Assembly (NCBI GenBank): GCA_963842525.1
Contig: CAWJGT010000003.1
Location: 704,001-768,000, forward strand
DNA length: 64,000 nucleotides
From: an uncultured Holophagales bacterium
Lineage (GTDB): Bacteria > Acidobacteriota > Thermoanaerobaculia > Multivoradales > UBA5704
Direction of reading: 5' to 3'
Positions 31,520 through 41,427 of the stretch are shown piece after piece. Numbering within the stretch: the stretch's first letter is position 1; every line of letters begins with the position of its first letter. The notes under the pieces were generated by a model. It made no database searches and had not been told where the DNA came from. It saw only the letters and a program-made list of their open reading frames with translations. Both the position numbers and the translations under genes were made by a program.

Positions 31520-31942
31520 GAACTGAGTGGGGAGCAATCCCTTCTGACCGCCGTGCAGAAGTCAGCAGAGGGCATAGTATATTAGAGGCGAGAGCCTCGA
31601 AGGTCCTGAACGGTGCCCCGGTCAGGACCGGGGTGAATGAGAGGAGAAGTCGCTTCGTGAGGAACCACGGCATTGCATCTGTCAAGCAGCGAAAGCTGCC
31701 TCTGGCTTGTCCGGAGGATGAAGCCGGGGTTAGGTCACGGGGGAGGACACTCCGGTTTGTCCCACGAACCGGCTGGAGCGGGAGTTGGAGCCATCCAATC
31801 CAACATCAGTTCCCGCGACGGCAGTTCGCCGAAGGGCGAATGGCAAGAGGGGCCGACCGAATCAGCCGAACCGCCGTGTACGTGACCCGTATGCACGGTG
31901 GTGTGGGAGGAGGGGGTCCGTGAGGGCCCCCCCTATCCCGAT
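31520..31942 (+). mobile_element. Group IIC intron remnant (DII-DIII, ORF-less DIV, DV-DVI; DI and RT missing)
   Basis: DIII-like CAGAAGTCAGCAGAGGGCATAGTA..GAAGGTCCTGAAC; DV GAACCGCCGTGTACGTGACCCGTATGCACGGTGGTGTGGGAGG; DVI GGGGGTCC-GTGA-GGGCCCCCCC ending TATCCCGAT. Confidence 0.88.
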
Positions 31943-31964
31943 TAGGCGGCAGGGGGAAACGCAC

Positions 31965-32330
31965 GTGACAACACAAACGCTATACCTGAGCAGAGCCTAT
32001 GCAGTGCTGGCCTGGTTTCTAGCCGCTCTCGCCGCCCTGCACATGGCCACCACATTTCGGCTCACCTCGGCAAGCGCCTTCACCAAGGTCTGGTTCTTCG
32101 GCGCTGGCGTCGCTATGGCTCAGACTGCCGCCCTCAACCTTCTTCATCGCGCGTACGGGCGAGCTGCTCTAGGTTGGGTTACGCGTGCGTCCAACGTCGT
32201 CATGCTCGCGCTTGCAGCCGTTGGGGGGTTTGTCACTGGCGCCAGTGCCACTGAGCTCGTCGTCATGCTCAGTGCACTTGCAACTCTCCTCGTGTTGTCA
32301 TTCGTCGACAGCGCGACCCGTTCCCGCTAA
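31965..32330 (+). CDS. Small 4-TM membrane protein, gene-cassette-like
   Basis: GTG start after a GGGGG RBS; four hydrophobic helices; lower GC than its neighbours; stop codon lies within CGCTAAC. Confidence 0.7.
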   Translation: MTTQTLYLSRAYAVLAWFLAALAALHMATTFRLTSASAFTKVWFFGAGVAMAQTAALNLLHRAYGRAALGWVTRASNVVMLALAAVGGFVTGASATELVVMLSALATLLVLSFVDSATRSR

Positions 32331-32456
32331 CCATCTACCCTCCGCATGGGCTTTGGCCCCAATAGGTGCCATGCGATTCTGGAGCCAGAACGATTCCGGT
32401 CTAGAATAGGTGCCAGAGGATTCTTGGGGCACTTCTGCCGGCGCAGGAGCGGAGCC

Positions 32457-32975
32457 ATGCTGTTCCACGTCAGCGAAGAATCCGGCATCGATCGGTTCGA
32501 GCCGCGGCCGTCGCCCTACGCCGATGAGCCCGTCGTGCGGGCCGTCGACGCGGACCGCCTGCGCAACTACCTGCTCCCGCGGGAGTGTCCCCGCGTCACG
32601 TACTACGCCGGGCCCGAGACCACCGCAACGGATGTGGAACGGTTCCTCGGATCCAGCCCGGCAGTCATCGCGGTCGAGAGCGCCTGGTTGGAACGCGTGC
32701 GGTCCTGTCGGGTGTACGGCTATCACCTGCCGCCGGAGACCTTCGAGTGTATGGACGAATGCGCCGGCTACTTCGTCAGCCGACGGCCCGTTGTTCCAAC
32801 GCGGGTTGAGGTCGTCGAGGACCTGGTGGCCGCGTTGCTGGGGCGCGGGGTTGAGCTGCGTTTCGTGCCGAACCTCTGGCCCCTCCGCGACGCAGTGGTC
32901 TCCTCCACGCTGTGGTTCTCTCTGATCCGCATGCGGAACGCCCTACCGAGGCCGTCGCCGAACGGGGAGGCATAG
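32457..32975 (+). CDS. DUF6886-like hypothetical protein
   Basis: MLFHVSEESGIDRFEPRP..NYLLPRECPRV..IAVESAW..AGYFVS..SLIRMRNA; AGGAG RBS. Confidence 0.75.
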   Translation: MLFHVSEESGIDRFEPRPSPYADEPVVRAVDADRLRNYLLPRECPRVTYYAGPETTATDVERFLGSSPAVIAVESAWLERVRSCRVYGYHLPPETFECMDECAGYFVSRRPVVPTRVEVVEDLVAALLGRGVELRFVPNLWPLRDAVVSSTLWFSLIRMRNALPRPSPNGEA

Positions 32976-33006
32976 GCGGAACGCGGGCACGGCTATACTC
33001 CGCTCC

Positions 33007-34215
33007 ATGTCCATGCGCGGCGGCTGGATCAATGTGTTCGTGGCGGCTGTCGTCATGCTGGCGACGCTGCCGGGACGGACACAGGGTCTTGGGCTCATCA
33101 CCGAGCCGATGCTGCTCGAGCTACGGCTCGATCGGGTCGGCTACGCCAACATCAATCTATGGGCGACGCTGCTCGGCGCGATTGTCTGCCTGCCGATCGG
33201 GCGGCTGTTCGACCGCGCCGGCCTGCGCAGCGCAACGTTTGTGCTGACCCTCGCGCTCGGCGGGGTGGTCTGGACCATGAGCCGCCTCGCCGGTGGCACC
33301 GTCCTCCTGTTCCTGCTGGTGCTGGCGACCCGCGCGCTCGGACAGAGCGCTCTCTCCGTGGCCAGCATCACGGCCGTTGGCAAGTCGTTCGGCCGCCGCG
33401 TCGGCGTCGCGATGGGCGTCTACTCGGTGCTGCTCAGCGTGTTCTTCGCGGCGGCGTTCGTCGGCGTCGGCAACGCGGTCCGCGTCAGCGGCTGGCGGAG
33501 CGCCTGGGGTTTTGTCGCCTACGGGCTGCTGCTTTTCGCCGCGCCGATCGTGCTGCTGCTCCGCGAGGGGCCGGCACAGACAGCCGATGCCGACGAGCAG
33601 GACGGCAGCGCCGGTCTGTCGCTGAGGGCGGCGCTCCGCACGCCGGCATTCTGGGTGTTCGCTGGCGGGACGTCTCTCTTCGGCCTCGTCTCGTCGGGCC
33701 TGGGATTGTTCAACCAGGCGATTCTCGCGGAACGAGGCTTCGACCAGCCCACCTACGTCAGGTTCCTCGCGGTGACATCGATCATCGCGCTCGCGGGCCA
33801 GGGACTGTGCGGCTGGCTGACGCTGCGATGGTCGATGCGGCAACTGCTGGGCCTCGCGCTGTTCCTCTACGCCGCGGCGCTGGCGGTGTTGCCGCTCCTG
33901 ACGACGCTGTCGCAACTGTGGATTTTCGCCGCCCTGATCGGACTCTCGGGAGGGATGATCACCGTCCTGTTCTTCGCGGTCTGGCGGCAGGCGTTCGGCA
34001 CCGCGCACCTCGGCCGGATTCAGGGCGCCGCGCAGATGCTGACCGTTCTGGCGTCTGCGATCGGACCGCTGGTTTTCGCGCAGTGCCAGGCGATGGCCGG
34101 TTCGTACACTCCGGCTCTCTGGACGCTGACGCCGTGCGTGTTCCTCCTGGGCCTGGCGGCGTTTCGCGTGCCAATGCCGAGCCCGCTCCCCGTTCCCGCA
34201 TCTTCACCCGTTTGA
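33007..34215 (+). CDS. MFS transporter
   Basis: About 12 hydrophobic helices; GRLFDRAGLR motif A. Confidence 0.9.
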   Translation: MSMRGGWINVFVAAVVMLATLPGRTQGLGLITEPMLLELRLDRVGYANINLWATLLGAIVCLPIGRLFDRAGLRSATFVLTLALGGVVWTMSRLAGGTVLLFLLVLATRALGQSALSVASITAVGKSFGRRVGVAMGVYSVLLSVFFAAAFVGVGNAVRVSGWRSAWGFVAYGLLLFAAPIVLLLREGPAQTADADEQDGSAGLSLRAALRTPAFWVFAGGTSLFGLVSSGLGLFNQAILAERGFDQPTYVRFLAVTSIIALAGQGLCGWLTLRWSMRQLLGLALFLYAAALAVLPLLTTLSQLWIFAALIGLSGGMITVLFFAVWRQAFGTAHLGRIQGAAQMLTVLASAIGPLVFAQCQAMAGSYTPALWTLTPCVFLLGLAAFRVPMPSPLPVPASSPV

Positions 34216-34225
34216 GGAGGTCGTC

Positions 34226-34729
34226 ATGGCGACTGTTCGACGCACGCTCGGCATCGCTCTGGTCGTCGTCCTGGTGTTGGCAATCTTCGGTGGTGGCTGG
34301 CTGATCGGACGGCTCGGCATCGGGTCGGTCGTCGATCCTGCGTCGCTCACCGGTGTCGAGCGCCAGTTCGCGGAGCGCATGCGTGACGTGACGCTCGTCG
34401 GGTCCTTTACGGTCGACGGGCGGGAGGACCGCGCGCCGCGGCCGGACCGCTACAAGATCGCCAGCGTCGAGAAGGTCGGCGACGACCTGTGGCGGTTCAA
34501 CGCGGAGTGCTGCGGTGTGAACGGTGCCGTTCCGTTCGTCGTGCCGATGCGGTTCAACGGCGACACGCCGGTGATCATGATGACCGAGACGAGCCTGCCC
34601 GGTCTCGGCACGTTCACCGTGCGCGTCTTCTTCTACGGCGACCGCTACGCGGGCACCTGGCAGCACGACGAGGTCGGCGGCCACATGTGGGGCCGCATCG
34701 AGAAAACGGTGGCTCCTGCTGCTCCATAG
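34226..34729 (+). CDS. Membrane-anchored hypothetical protein
   Basis: GAGGAGG RBS, N-terminal TM helix, beta-rich soluble domain. Confidence 0.75.
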   Translation: MATVRRTLGIALVVVLVLAIFGGGWLIGRLGIGSVVDPASLTGVERQFAERMRDVTLVGSFTVDGREDRAPRPDRYKIASVEKVGDDLWRFNAECCGVNGAVPFVVPMRFNGDTPVIMMTETSLPGLGTFTVRVFFYGDRYAGTWQHDEVGGHMWGRIEKTVAPAAP

Positions 34730-34796
34730 TCTTCTCGAGGTGCTAGAGTCCGCTCAATCCGCGGGGCTCACCCGCAAAGACTGAAAGGGGATCTCG

Positions 34797-35720
34797 ATGC
34801 GCAAGATCCATGTCTGGGCGACGTGCCTGCTGTGCGCGGCCTTGCCGCTCGGGGCACAGGAGCGGGACTTCTCGAAGGTGGAGGTCAAGGCGCAGCCGGT
34901 GTCCGGCAACATCCACATGCTCACGGGTGCCGGCGGCAACATCGGTGTGTCGGCGGGGAGCGACGGCATCCTGATCGTCGACGACCAGTTCGCGCCGCTG
35001 GCCGACAAGATCCGCGCCGCGCTCAAGGGCCTGGGCGACGGCAAGCTCAAGTTCGTCCTCAACACCCACTGGCACGGCGACCACACGGGCGGCAACGAGG
35101 CCTTCGGCCGCGAGGCGTCGATCATCGCCCACGACAACGTGCGCAAGCGGCTGGCGGCCGACCAGCAGGTCCGGGGCCAGAAGATCGCGGCCTCCCCGAA
35201 GGAGGCGCTGCCGGTGATCACCTTCGGCCAGTCCGTGTCGGTGCACTTCAACGGCGAGGAGATCCGGGTCATCCATTTCCCGCACGGCCACACCGACGGC
35301 GACAGCGTCATCTTCTTCACCAAGTCCAAAGTGGTGCACATGGGGGACGACTTCTTCGCCGGCGGCTTCCCCTTCGTCGATCTGGAGAGCGGCGGCAGCG
35401 TCCAGGGGCTGATCGCGAACATCGCGAAGGTCCTGGCGGAAATCCCCGCCGACACCAAGATCATCCCCGGCCACGGTCGGCTCTCGGCTCCGGCGGATCT
35501 CAAGGCCTATCACCGCATGCTGACCGAGACGACCCGGATCGTCGCGGACAAGACGAAGGCGGGCAAGAGCCTCGAAGCGATTCAGGCCGAAGGGCTGCCG
35601 GAGGAATGGAAGGAGTGGGGGAGCGGCTTCATCGACACGAAGAGTTGGATCGCGACGATCCACGCGAGCCTCTCCAAGGGCACGCACGATCACAACCCGG
35701 GGTCGGGAACACATCACTGA
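34797..35720 (+). CDS. Secreted MBL-fold metallo-hydrolase (cyclase-like)
   Basis: Signal peptide; [26 protein letters not shown]. Confidence 0.92.
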   Translation: MRKIHVWATCLLCAALPLGAQERDFSKVEVKAQPVSGNIHMLTGAGGNIGVSAGSDGILIVDDQFAPLADKIRAALKGLGDGKLKFVLNTHWHGDHTGGNEAFGREASIIAHDNVRKRLAADQQVRGQKIAASPKEALPVITFGQSVSVHFNGEEIRVIHFPHGHTDGDSVIFFTKSKVVHMGDDFFAGGFPFVDLESGGSVQGLIANIAKVLAEIPADTKIIPGHGRLSAPADLKAYHRMLTETTRIVADKTKAGKSLEAIQAEGLPEEWKEWGSGFIDTKSWIATIHASLSKGTHDHNPGSGTHH

Positions 35721-36734
35721 GCGGATAACCGCTGGACTGCCTCCACGAAGGCCTGCGCGTTCTCGACCGGGGTCATGGGCAGGATGCCATGGCCCAGGTT
35801 GGCGATGTGGCCGCCGCCGCGGCCGTCCGCGATCAGGCGCTCGACCCGGCGCTCGATCTCCGGGATCGGGGCGAGCAGGGCCGCCGGATCGAAATTCCCC
35901 TGGAGCGTGCGGTTCCCCACGACTCGGCGCACCTCCTGGAGCGGCTGGCGCCAGTCGACCGACAGCACGTCCACCGGCAGCTCCTGCATCCCGGCCAGGA
36001 GATGGCCGCCGCCGTTGACGTAGTAGATCAGCGGTACCTGCCCGCGGAGCGCCTCGGCGATCTTGCGCAACGGCGGCAGGGCGAGGGCGCGCCAACGTTC
36101 GAGATCGAGCAGACCCCCCCAGGTGTCGAACAGCTGGATGGCCTGGGCGCCGGCGGCGATCTGGCCGCGCAGATAGGCGATCGACGTGTCTGCGATGCGG
36201 TCGAGGAGCAGCGCGAGCCCCTCCGGGTCGCCGTAGCTCCAGGCCAGGAGCTGGGCGAAGTGTTTGGAGCCGCCGCCCTCGATCAGATAGGCGGCGAGCG
36301 TCCAGGGAGTGCCGCCGAAGCCGATCACCGGCACTTGACCGTCGAGCTCCCGGCGCACCAGGCGCAGGGCATCGAAGACATAGCCCAGGCTCTCCTCGAC
36401 GTTCGGCACCCGGAGCCGTTCCACGTCCTGGCGGCTGCGCACCGGCTGCGGGAACGTCGGGCCATCCCCTGGCGTGAAGACGCAGCTCGGCCCCCATGGC
36501 CTCCAGCGGCAGCAGGATGTCGGCGAAGAGGATGGCGGCGTCGACGCCGAGGCGGCGCACCGGCTGGATCGTCACCTCGGCGGCCAGCTCGGGGGTCTTA
36601 CAGAGCGTCAGGAAGTCCGTCTTCGCGCGCACGGCGCGGTATTCGGGAAGATAGCGCCCCGCCTGGCGCATCATCCACACCGGCAGGCGCTCCGTGGCCT
36701 CGCCACGGCAGGCGCGCAGGAAGAGGTCGTTCAT
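35714..36734 (-). CDS. hemE: Uroporphyrinogen decarboxylase (frameshift near 36480)
   Basis: [44 protein letters not shown]. Confidence 0.93.
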
Positions 36735-36775
36735 GGGCGCGGAGAATAACAGAGTCCTGAGTTACACTTGCGCCG

Positions 36776-38579
36776 ATGTTTCGACTCGTGGCGTACGCGC
36801 CGGATGGGGTCCGCCGCTTTCCCGTGCAGAAGAGCGAATCGCTGATCGGCAGCCAGGCCGATTGCGACATCGTCCTGCCCTACACGGGGGTGGCGCAGAA
36901 GCATGCCATCCTGCGCTTCGACGGCAGCGAGCTGCGGATCGAGGATCTGGGGAGCCGCAAGGGGATGCTGGTGAGCGGCCGCAAGGTCCGCGAGTCCGCT
37001 CTCGAGGTGCTGGACGAGGTCCGGCTGGGCGGCGTCACCCTGCTCGTCGAGGACGTCCTCCCGGAGCCGGAGAAGCCCGCGGCTTCGTCAGAGCCCTACC
37101 TGGCCGGCCCGCCGCGCAGCACGCCCGAGAGCCTGCTCGGGCACCTCGCGCGGATCAGCGAGTGGGTGCTCTCCGACACCGAGAGCCGCACCACCTCCGA
37201 GACCCTGGTTGACCGCGTCCTGACCGACTTCGGCGGCGGCGTCTTCCTGTTGCTCCAGGGCGAGCCCGACAAGGCCGGGGTCAAGCTAATCGTGAGCAGC
37301 GACCCTGCCCTGCTCGGCAGCGGCGAGGGCCTGCTGGACCAGCTCCTCTCCCACCGCGCGGCCACGGACCAGGCCTCCGCCAAACGCGGCGCCTTCGAGG
37401 GCGAGCTGGCCGGCGCACAAGCCTGGATCTGCCACCACACCTTCGGCGCCGTCGACCGCTCCTATACCCTGCTCGCGGCCCTGCCCGTCTTCCGTCCGGA
37501 CGACGCCTGGTCGCCCATCCCGTTTTTCCGCGCCCTCGGGCATCTGCTGGTGCTCGGGCTGGTCCATCACGTCGGATGGTACGAGCCGATCCTTCCGGGC
37601 CATCCCGGGCAGCAGGACCTGTCCCTCGACCCGGGGCTGCAGATCGGCCAGTCGCTGATCATGAAGCAGGTCATGGAGCAGCTCCGCGCCGCGGTGGACC
37701 CGGCCGTCCACGTCCTGCTGCGCGGCGAGCCCGGCGTCGGCAAGGAGATGTTTGCCCGCTCCCTCCACCTGTCGAGCGCGCGCCGCAACGGCCCTTTCAT
37801 CGTGGCGAGCTGCAGCGGCGCGCGGCCCCTCCAGATCGAGGCCGACCTGTTCGGCGCCGAGGTGGCCGGCAAGGGCGGGCCGGTGCGGCGCGAGGGCAAG
37901 CTCCTCCTCGCCCATGGCGGCACGCTGTTCCTCGACGAGGTGGACCAGCTCCCTCTCGAAGTCCAGGCGCGGCTCGTGCGCTTCCTGCGCTCCGGCGAGG
38001 TCGAGCCCACGGGGAGCAATGCATCGCACAAGGTCGAGGTCCGCCTGATCGCCGGCAGCCGCAGCGTCCTCGAATCGGTGGTCGCACAGGACCTCTTCCG
38101 CGCCGACCTCGCCTACCGGCTGTCGCAGCTCACCATCGAGATCCCGCCGCTGCGCGAGCGGCGCGAGGACCTGCCGCTCCTCATCCAGTCCTGCATCAAC
38201 CGGTTCTGCCACGAGACGGGCAAGCGGATGCTGGGGATCACGGTCAAGGCGATGACCGCGCTGCTCAACTACGACTATCCGGGCAACCTCGCGGAAGCTC
38301 GAGAACATCGCCCGCCAGCTCGTCTATCTCGCCCCGCCGGCCCGTCCGGTGGAGATCAACCTGCTGCCCGAGCGGGTGCGCAACGGCACGCCGCTCGCAT
38401 CCCGTGTCGACCCAGGCTCCGACCTCGACCTGAGCCGTCTCGTCGGCACCTGCGAGCAGTCGGCCATCCGCGAAGCCCTGCGCCGCACCCAGGGCAACAA
38501 ATCCCAGGCCGCCCGCGTCCTCGGCCTCTCCCGCAACGGCCTCGCCATCAAGATGGAGCGGTACGGGCTGAAAGGGTGA
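36776..38579 (+). CDS. FHA-domain NtrC-type AAA+ regulator with Fis HTH, lacking GAFTGA (frameshift near 38295)
   Basis: FHA-like IGS..DIVL..VAQKHA..DLGSRKG; GEPGVGKE; LFLDEV; YPGN; HTH GNKSQAARVLGLSR in ORF 38349..38579. Confidence 0.88.
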
Positions 38580-38588
38580 GATGGACCC

Positions 38589-38774
38589 TCAGGGGCCTTC
38601 ACTGATCAGAGCGACTTGAGCCTCAGCGACCTCTGCCACCTCCAGGTCAGTGATCGCCGCAGCATCAAGATACTGTCGGATTGCTTCTTCCACGAGCTCA
38701 CTGATATCGCGGCTTTGGATTCCAGCAAGATAGCGTAATTCCTTCTCCATACGAGCTGTCAACTCAATCGTCAT
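38589..38774 (-). CDS. RHH/CopG-like small protein (orphan antitoxin, probably truncated)
   Basis: MTIELTARMEKELRYLA..ISELVEEAIRQYL; low-GC patch; no toxin gene follows. Confidence 0.55.
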   Translation of the reverse strand: MTIELTARMEKELRYLAGIQSRDISELVEEAIRQYLDAAAITDLEVAEVAEAQVALISEGP

Positions 38775-38828
38775 GCGAAGAGGCTAGGGCAGCGCGGGGA
38801 CGAAGGCAAGCCAAAGGCCCTGAGGAGC

Positions 38829-39914
38829 CTACAGCCCAATCTCCAACCAGTCCGCAATCGGCTCCGTCGAGCTGACCACGTGCATGCCGGCGGCGGCAAA
38901 GCGGTCGAGGGCCTCTTCGGCTTGTGGGGTGAAGTCGAAGAGGAATTCTCCCGGACGCTCCGGATCGGGGACCGCCACCGAAGACATGCAGTCGCGCAGG
39001 ACGTAGACCTTGCGGGCCAGCTTCTCGTTGCGCGTCAGGATCTCCCCCAGGAGGTCGTCGATCGTGCTTTTGACGCAGTGGCTCGATGCCTGGCCGGCGA
39101 TGATCACCGCGTCTGACTTGAGGAGGGTCTTAATAAAGCGCGCGTTGCGCTGGGCGAGCGGCCGGCCGTCGAAGCGGATCAGGACCTCCGGCGCCAGGAC
39201 CGAATAGTTTTCGGTCAGCGGGTGGTCACCCTTGCTCTCGATCCATCCCTTGGCGCCCCGCGCCCAGGTATGGAAGAGCCGTGCTTCGTGGATCACCCCC
39301 GCCAGCGGATGGCCGTCGCTCCCCAGGATGCAGTGCGGCGGCCAGAGATAGAGCTTGTACTTGCCTGCCTTCTCCAGCTCCTGGCAGTAGAACTCAACCT
39401 GCCGCTCCAGCCAGTCGCCGTCGCCGTCGCAGACCCACCAGGCAATGTCGGGGTTCGGCCACACCCGGCCGCTGCGGATCATGTCGACCGTGATCTCCTG
39501 GTGCGGCGCGAGAGGCTGGTCGTCCCCGCCCAGCCAGAAGGAGGGGAAGAAGATCTGGAACGGGAAATGGGTGTCCAGCGTACAGGTGACGTCGGTGACC
39601 AGCTCCAGGTTGCGATAGAGGAAGCGTGCGATGCGGTCGCTGTCGTCCATCGCCCCGGTGCCGCTCCGGCCGCCCACGTAGAGGGTGCCCTGGGGAAAGC
39701 AGAAGTCCTTCTGCAGGTCGATCAGCAGGAGCTGGATGCGCTTGCGGTCCTGGGACGACGGGCGGATGCCGTGCTCGCGCCGCCAGGCCTGGGCACTCAG
39801 GAAAAGCTGGTGCTGGTCCGGGGCATAGCTCCAGTCCCGGGCGCGCGCCGGATCGTAGAAGCCGGGGACGGGCAGCTCGCGCAGCTTGCGGTGGGCCTGG
39901 AGGATTGCGGTCAC
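38829..39914 (-). CDS. pncA: Nicotinamidase/isochorismatase-family hydrolase
   Basis: [29 protein letters not shown]; translationally coupled to pncB. Confidence 0.8.
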   Translation of the reverse strand: MTAILQAHRKLRELPVPGFYDPARARDWSYAPDQHQLFLSAQAWRREHGIRPSSQDRKRIQLLLIDLQKDFCFPQGTLYVGGRSGTGAMDDSDRIARFLYRNLELVTDVTCTLDTHFPFQIFFPSFWLGGDDQPLAPHQEITVDMIRSGRVWPNPDIAWWVCDGDGDWLERQVEFYCQELEKAGKYKLYLWPPHCILGSDGHPLAGVIHEARLFHTWARGAKGWIESKGDHPLTENYSVLAPEVLIRFDGRPLAQRNARFIKTLLKSDAVIIAGQASSHCVKSTIDDLLGEILTRNEKLARKVYVLRDCMSSVAVPDPERPGEFLFDFTPQAEEALDRFAAAGMHVVSSTEPIADWLEIGL

Positions 39915-41413
39915 GGCGGGCTCCTTTCCTCAGCCCCCGGAGCATGCACGAGGCCGCGGGCCTCCAGGATCAGCCGGGTCTTCAGGTCGAACAGGCCGAG
40001 CTCGAGCCCGACCGGATAGAGGTGCGGGTTGACGAAGCGTTTGATCCCGGGGTGAAGGCTCTGGAGCTGCTCCTGCCCGCGCTGCCGCACCTCGGCGAGC
40101 GGCGGCGGATCGTAGACCCGCCGGCCGGCGCGGAAGACCGGCACCAGCAGGTCTTCCGACGGCATCCCCGCCGGGATCTCCTTGCGCCGGGTCAGGTCGC
40201 CGGGGTCGACGATCGTCGGGCTCGCGGGCGCTCCAAGCTCCTCGTCGAAGATCATGTCCGCCGCGAATTGGCCATGCGTGGAAAAGCGCCGGACCTGCTG
40301 GATCCCCGGCGTCGTGACCTTGACCGCCTGCTCGGACAGCTTGACCTTGTATTTCCATGGAGAGCCGGCGTCGCGCACCGCGGTCAGCTTGTAGACCCCG
40401 CCCAGGGCCGGATCGTCGTACGCGGTGGCCAGGCGGGTGCCCACACCCCAGACCGTGATCTTCGCTCCCTGGAGCTTGAGGCTCTCGGCCAGGTGCTCGT
40501 CGAGCTCGCTGCTCGCAACGATCTGTGCCTTGGGAAAGCCCCCCTCGTCGAGGATCTTCCGCGCCTCGATGCTCAGGTATGCGAGGTCGCCCGAGTCGAG
40601 GCGGATGCCCGTCATCTCGTGGCCGCGCTCGCGCAGCCGCCGGCCCACCTCGACGGCGTGGCGGACCCCCTGCAGACTGTCGTAGGTGTCGACCAGAAAA
40701 ATTGAATTATTGGGCATCGCCTCGGCCCAGGTCTCGAAGGCCTCCAGCTCGCTGTCGAACGAGAGCACCCAGCTATGGGCGTGAGTTCCCTTGACCGGAA
40801 TGCCGAAGAGCTTGCCGGCGAGGACGTTCGACGTCGCGGCGCACCCCCCGGCATAGGCGGCCCGGCTGGCGGAGATCCCGCCGTCGATCCCCTGCGCCCG
40901 GCGCAGCCCGAACTCCAGGACCGGCTCGCCCTGGGCCGCCAGGCAGACCCGCGCGGCCTTGGTCGCGATCAGGGTCTGGAAATTGATCACGTTGAGCAGC
41001 GCCGTCTCCAGGATCTGGCACTGGAGGATCGGGCCGCGCACCCGCACCAGCGGCTCATGGGGGAAAACCGCCGTTCCCTCCGGGATGGCGTCGACGTCGC
41101 AGGCGAGCTCCATCCGCCGCAGCATGTCCAGGAAAACCTTTTCGAAGAGCGGCGTGCCGTCGTCGGCCCGCAGGCCTGCGAGATAGGCGAGGTCGTCGTC
41201 CGCGAAGCGGAAACCCTCGATCAGCTCGATGGCCGGCGCCAGGCCGCAGGCGAGGGAGAAGCCGCTGCCGAACGGCGGTTTTCGGAAGTGGAGGTGAAAG
41301 ACCGCCTCCTTGTCCGCGGTCCCCGACTTCCAATAGGCATAGGCCATCGTGAGCTCATACAGGTCGGTCAGCAGCGCCAGCGACGGCCTGTAGATCTCGC
41401 TCAGGATGCCCAC
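39911..41413 (-). CDS. pncB: Nicotinate phosphoribosyltransferase
   Basis: [48 protein letters not shown]. Confidence 0.96.
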   Translation of the reverse strand: MGILSEIYRPSLALLTDLYELTMAYAYWKSGTADKEAVFHLHFRKPPFGSGFSLACGLAPAIELIEGFRFADDDLAYLAGLRADDGTPLFEKVFLDMLRRMELACDVDAIPEGTAVFPHEPLVRVRGPILQCQILETALLNVINFQTLIATKAARVCLAAQGEPVLEFGLRRAQGIDGGISASRAAYAGGCAATSNVLAGKLFGIPVKGTHAHSWVLSFDSELEAFETWAEAMPNNSIFLVDTYDSLQGVRHAVEVGRRLRERGHEMTGIRLDSGDLAYLSIEARKILDEGGFPKAQIVASSELDEHLAESLKLQGAKITVWGVGTRLATAYDDPALGGVYKLTAVRDAGSPWKYKVKLSEQAVKVTTPGIQQVRRFSTHGQFAADMIFDEELGAPASPTIVDPGDLTRRKEIPAGMPSEDLLVPVFRAGRRVYDPPPLAEVRQRGQEQLQSLHPGIKRFVNPHLYPVGLELGLFDLKTRLILEARGLVHAPGAEERSPP

Positions 41414-41427
41414 GCCGTGCTCCCTCG

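Noticed and set aside
31277-32990. Complete integron or intact retroelement
   Set aside because: No tyrosine integrase, no full attC hairpin and no reverse transcriptase ORF are present; only remnants.
38829-41413. pncA-pncB as an anti-defence NAD-rebuilding module
   Set aside because: Ordinary chromosomal context and composition; simplest reading is housekeeping NAD salvage.
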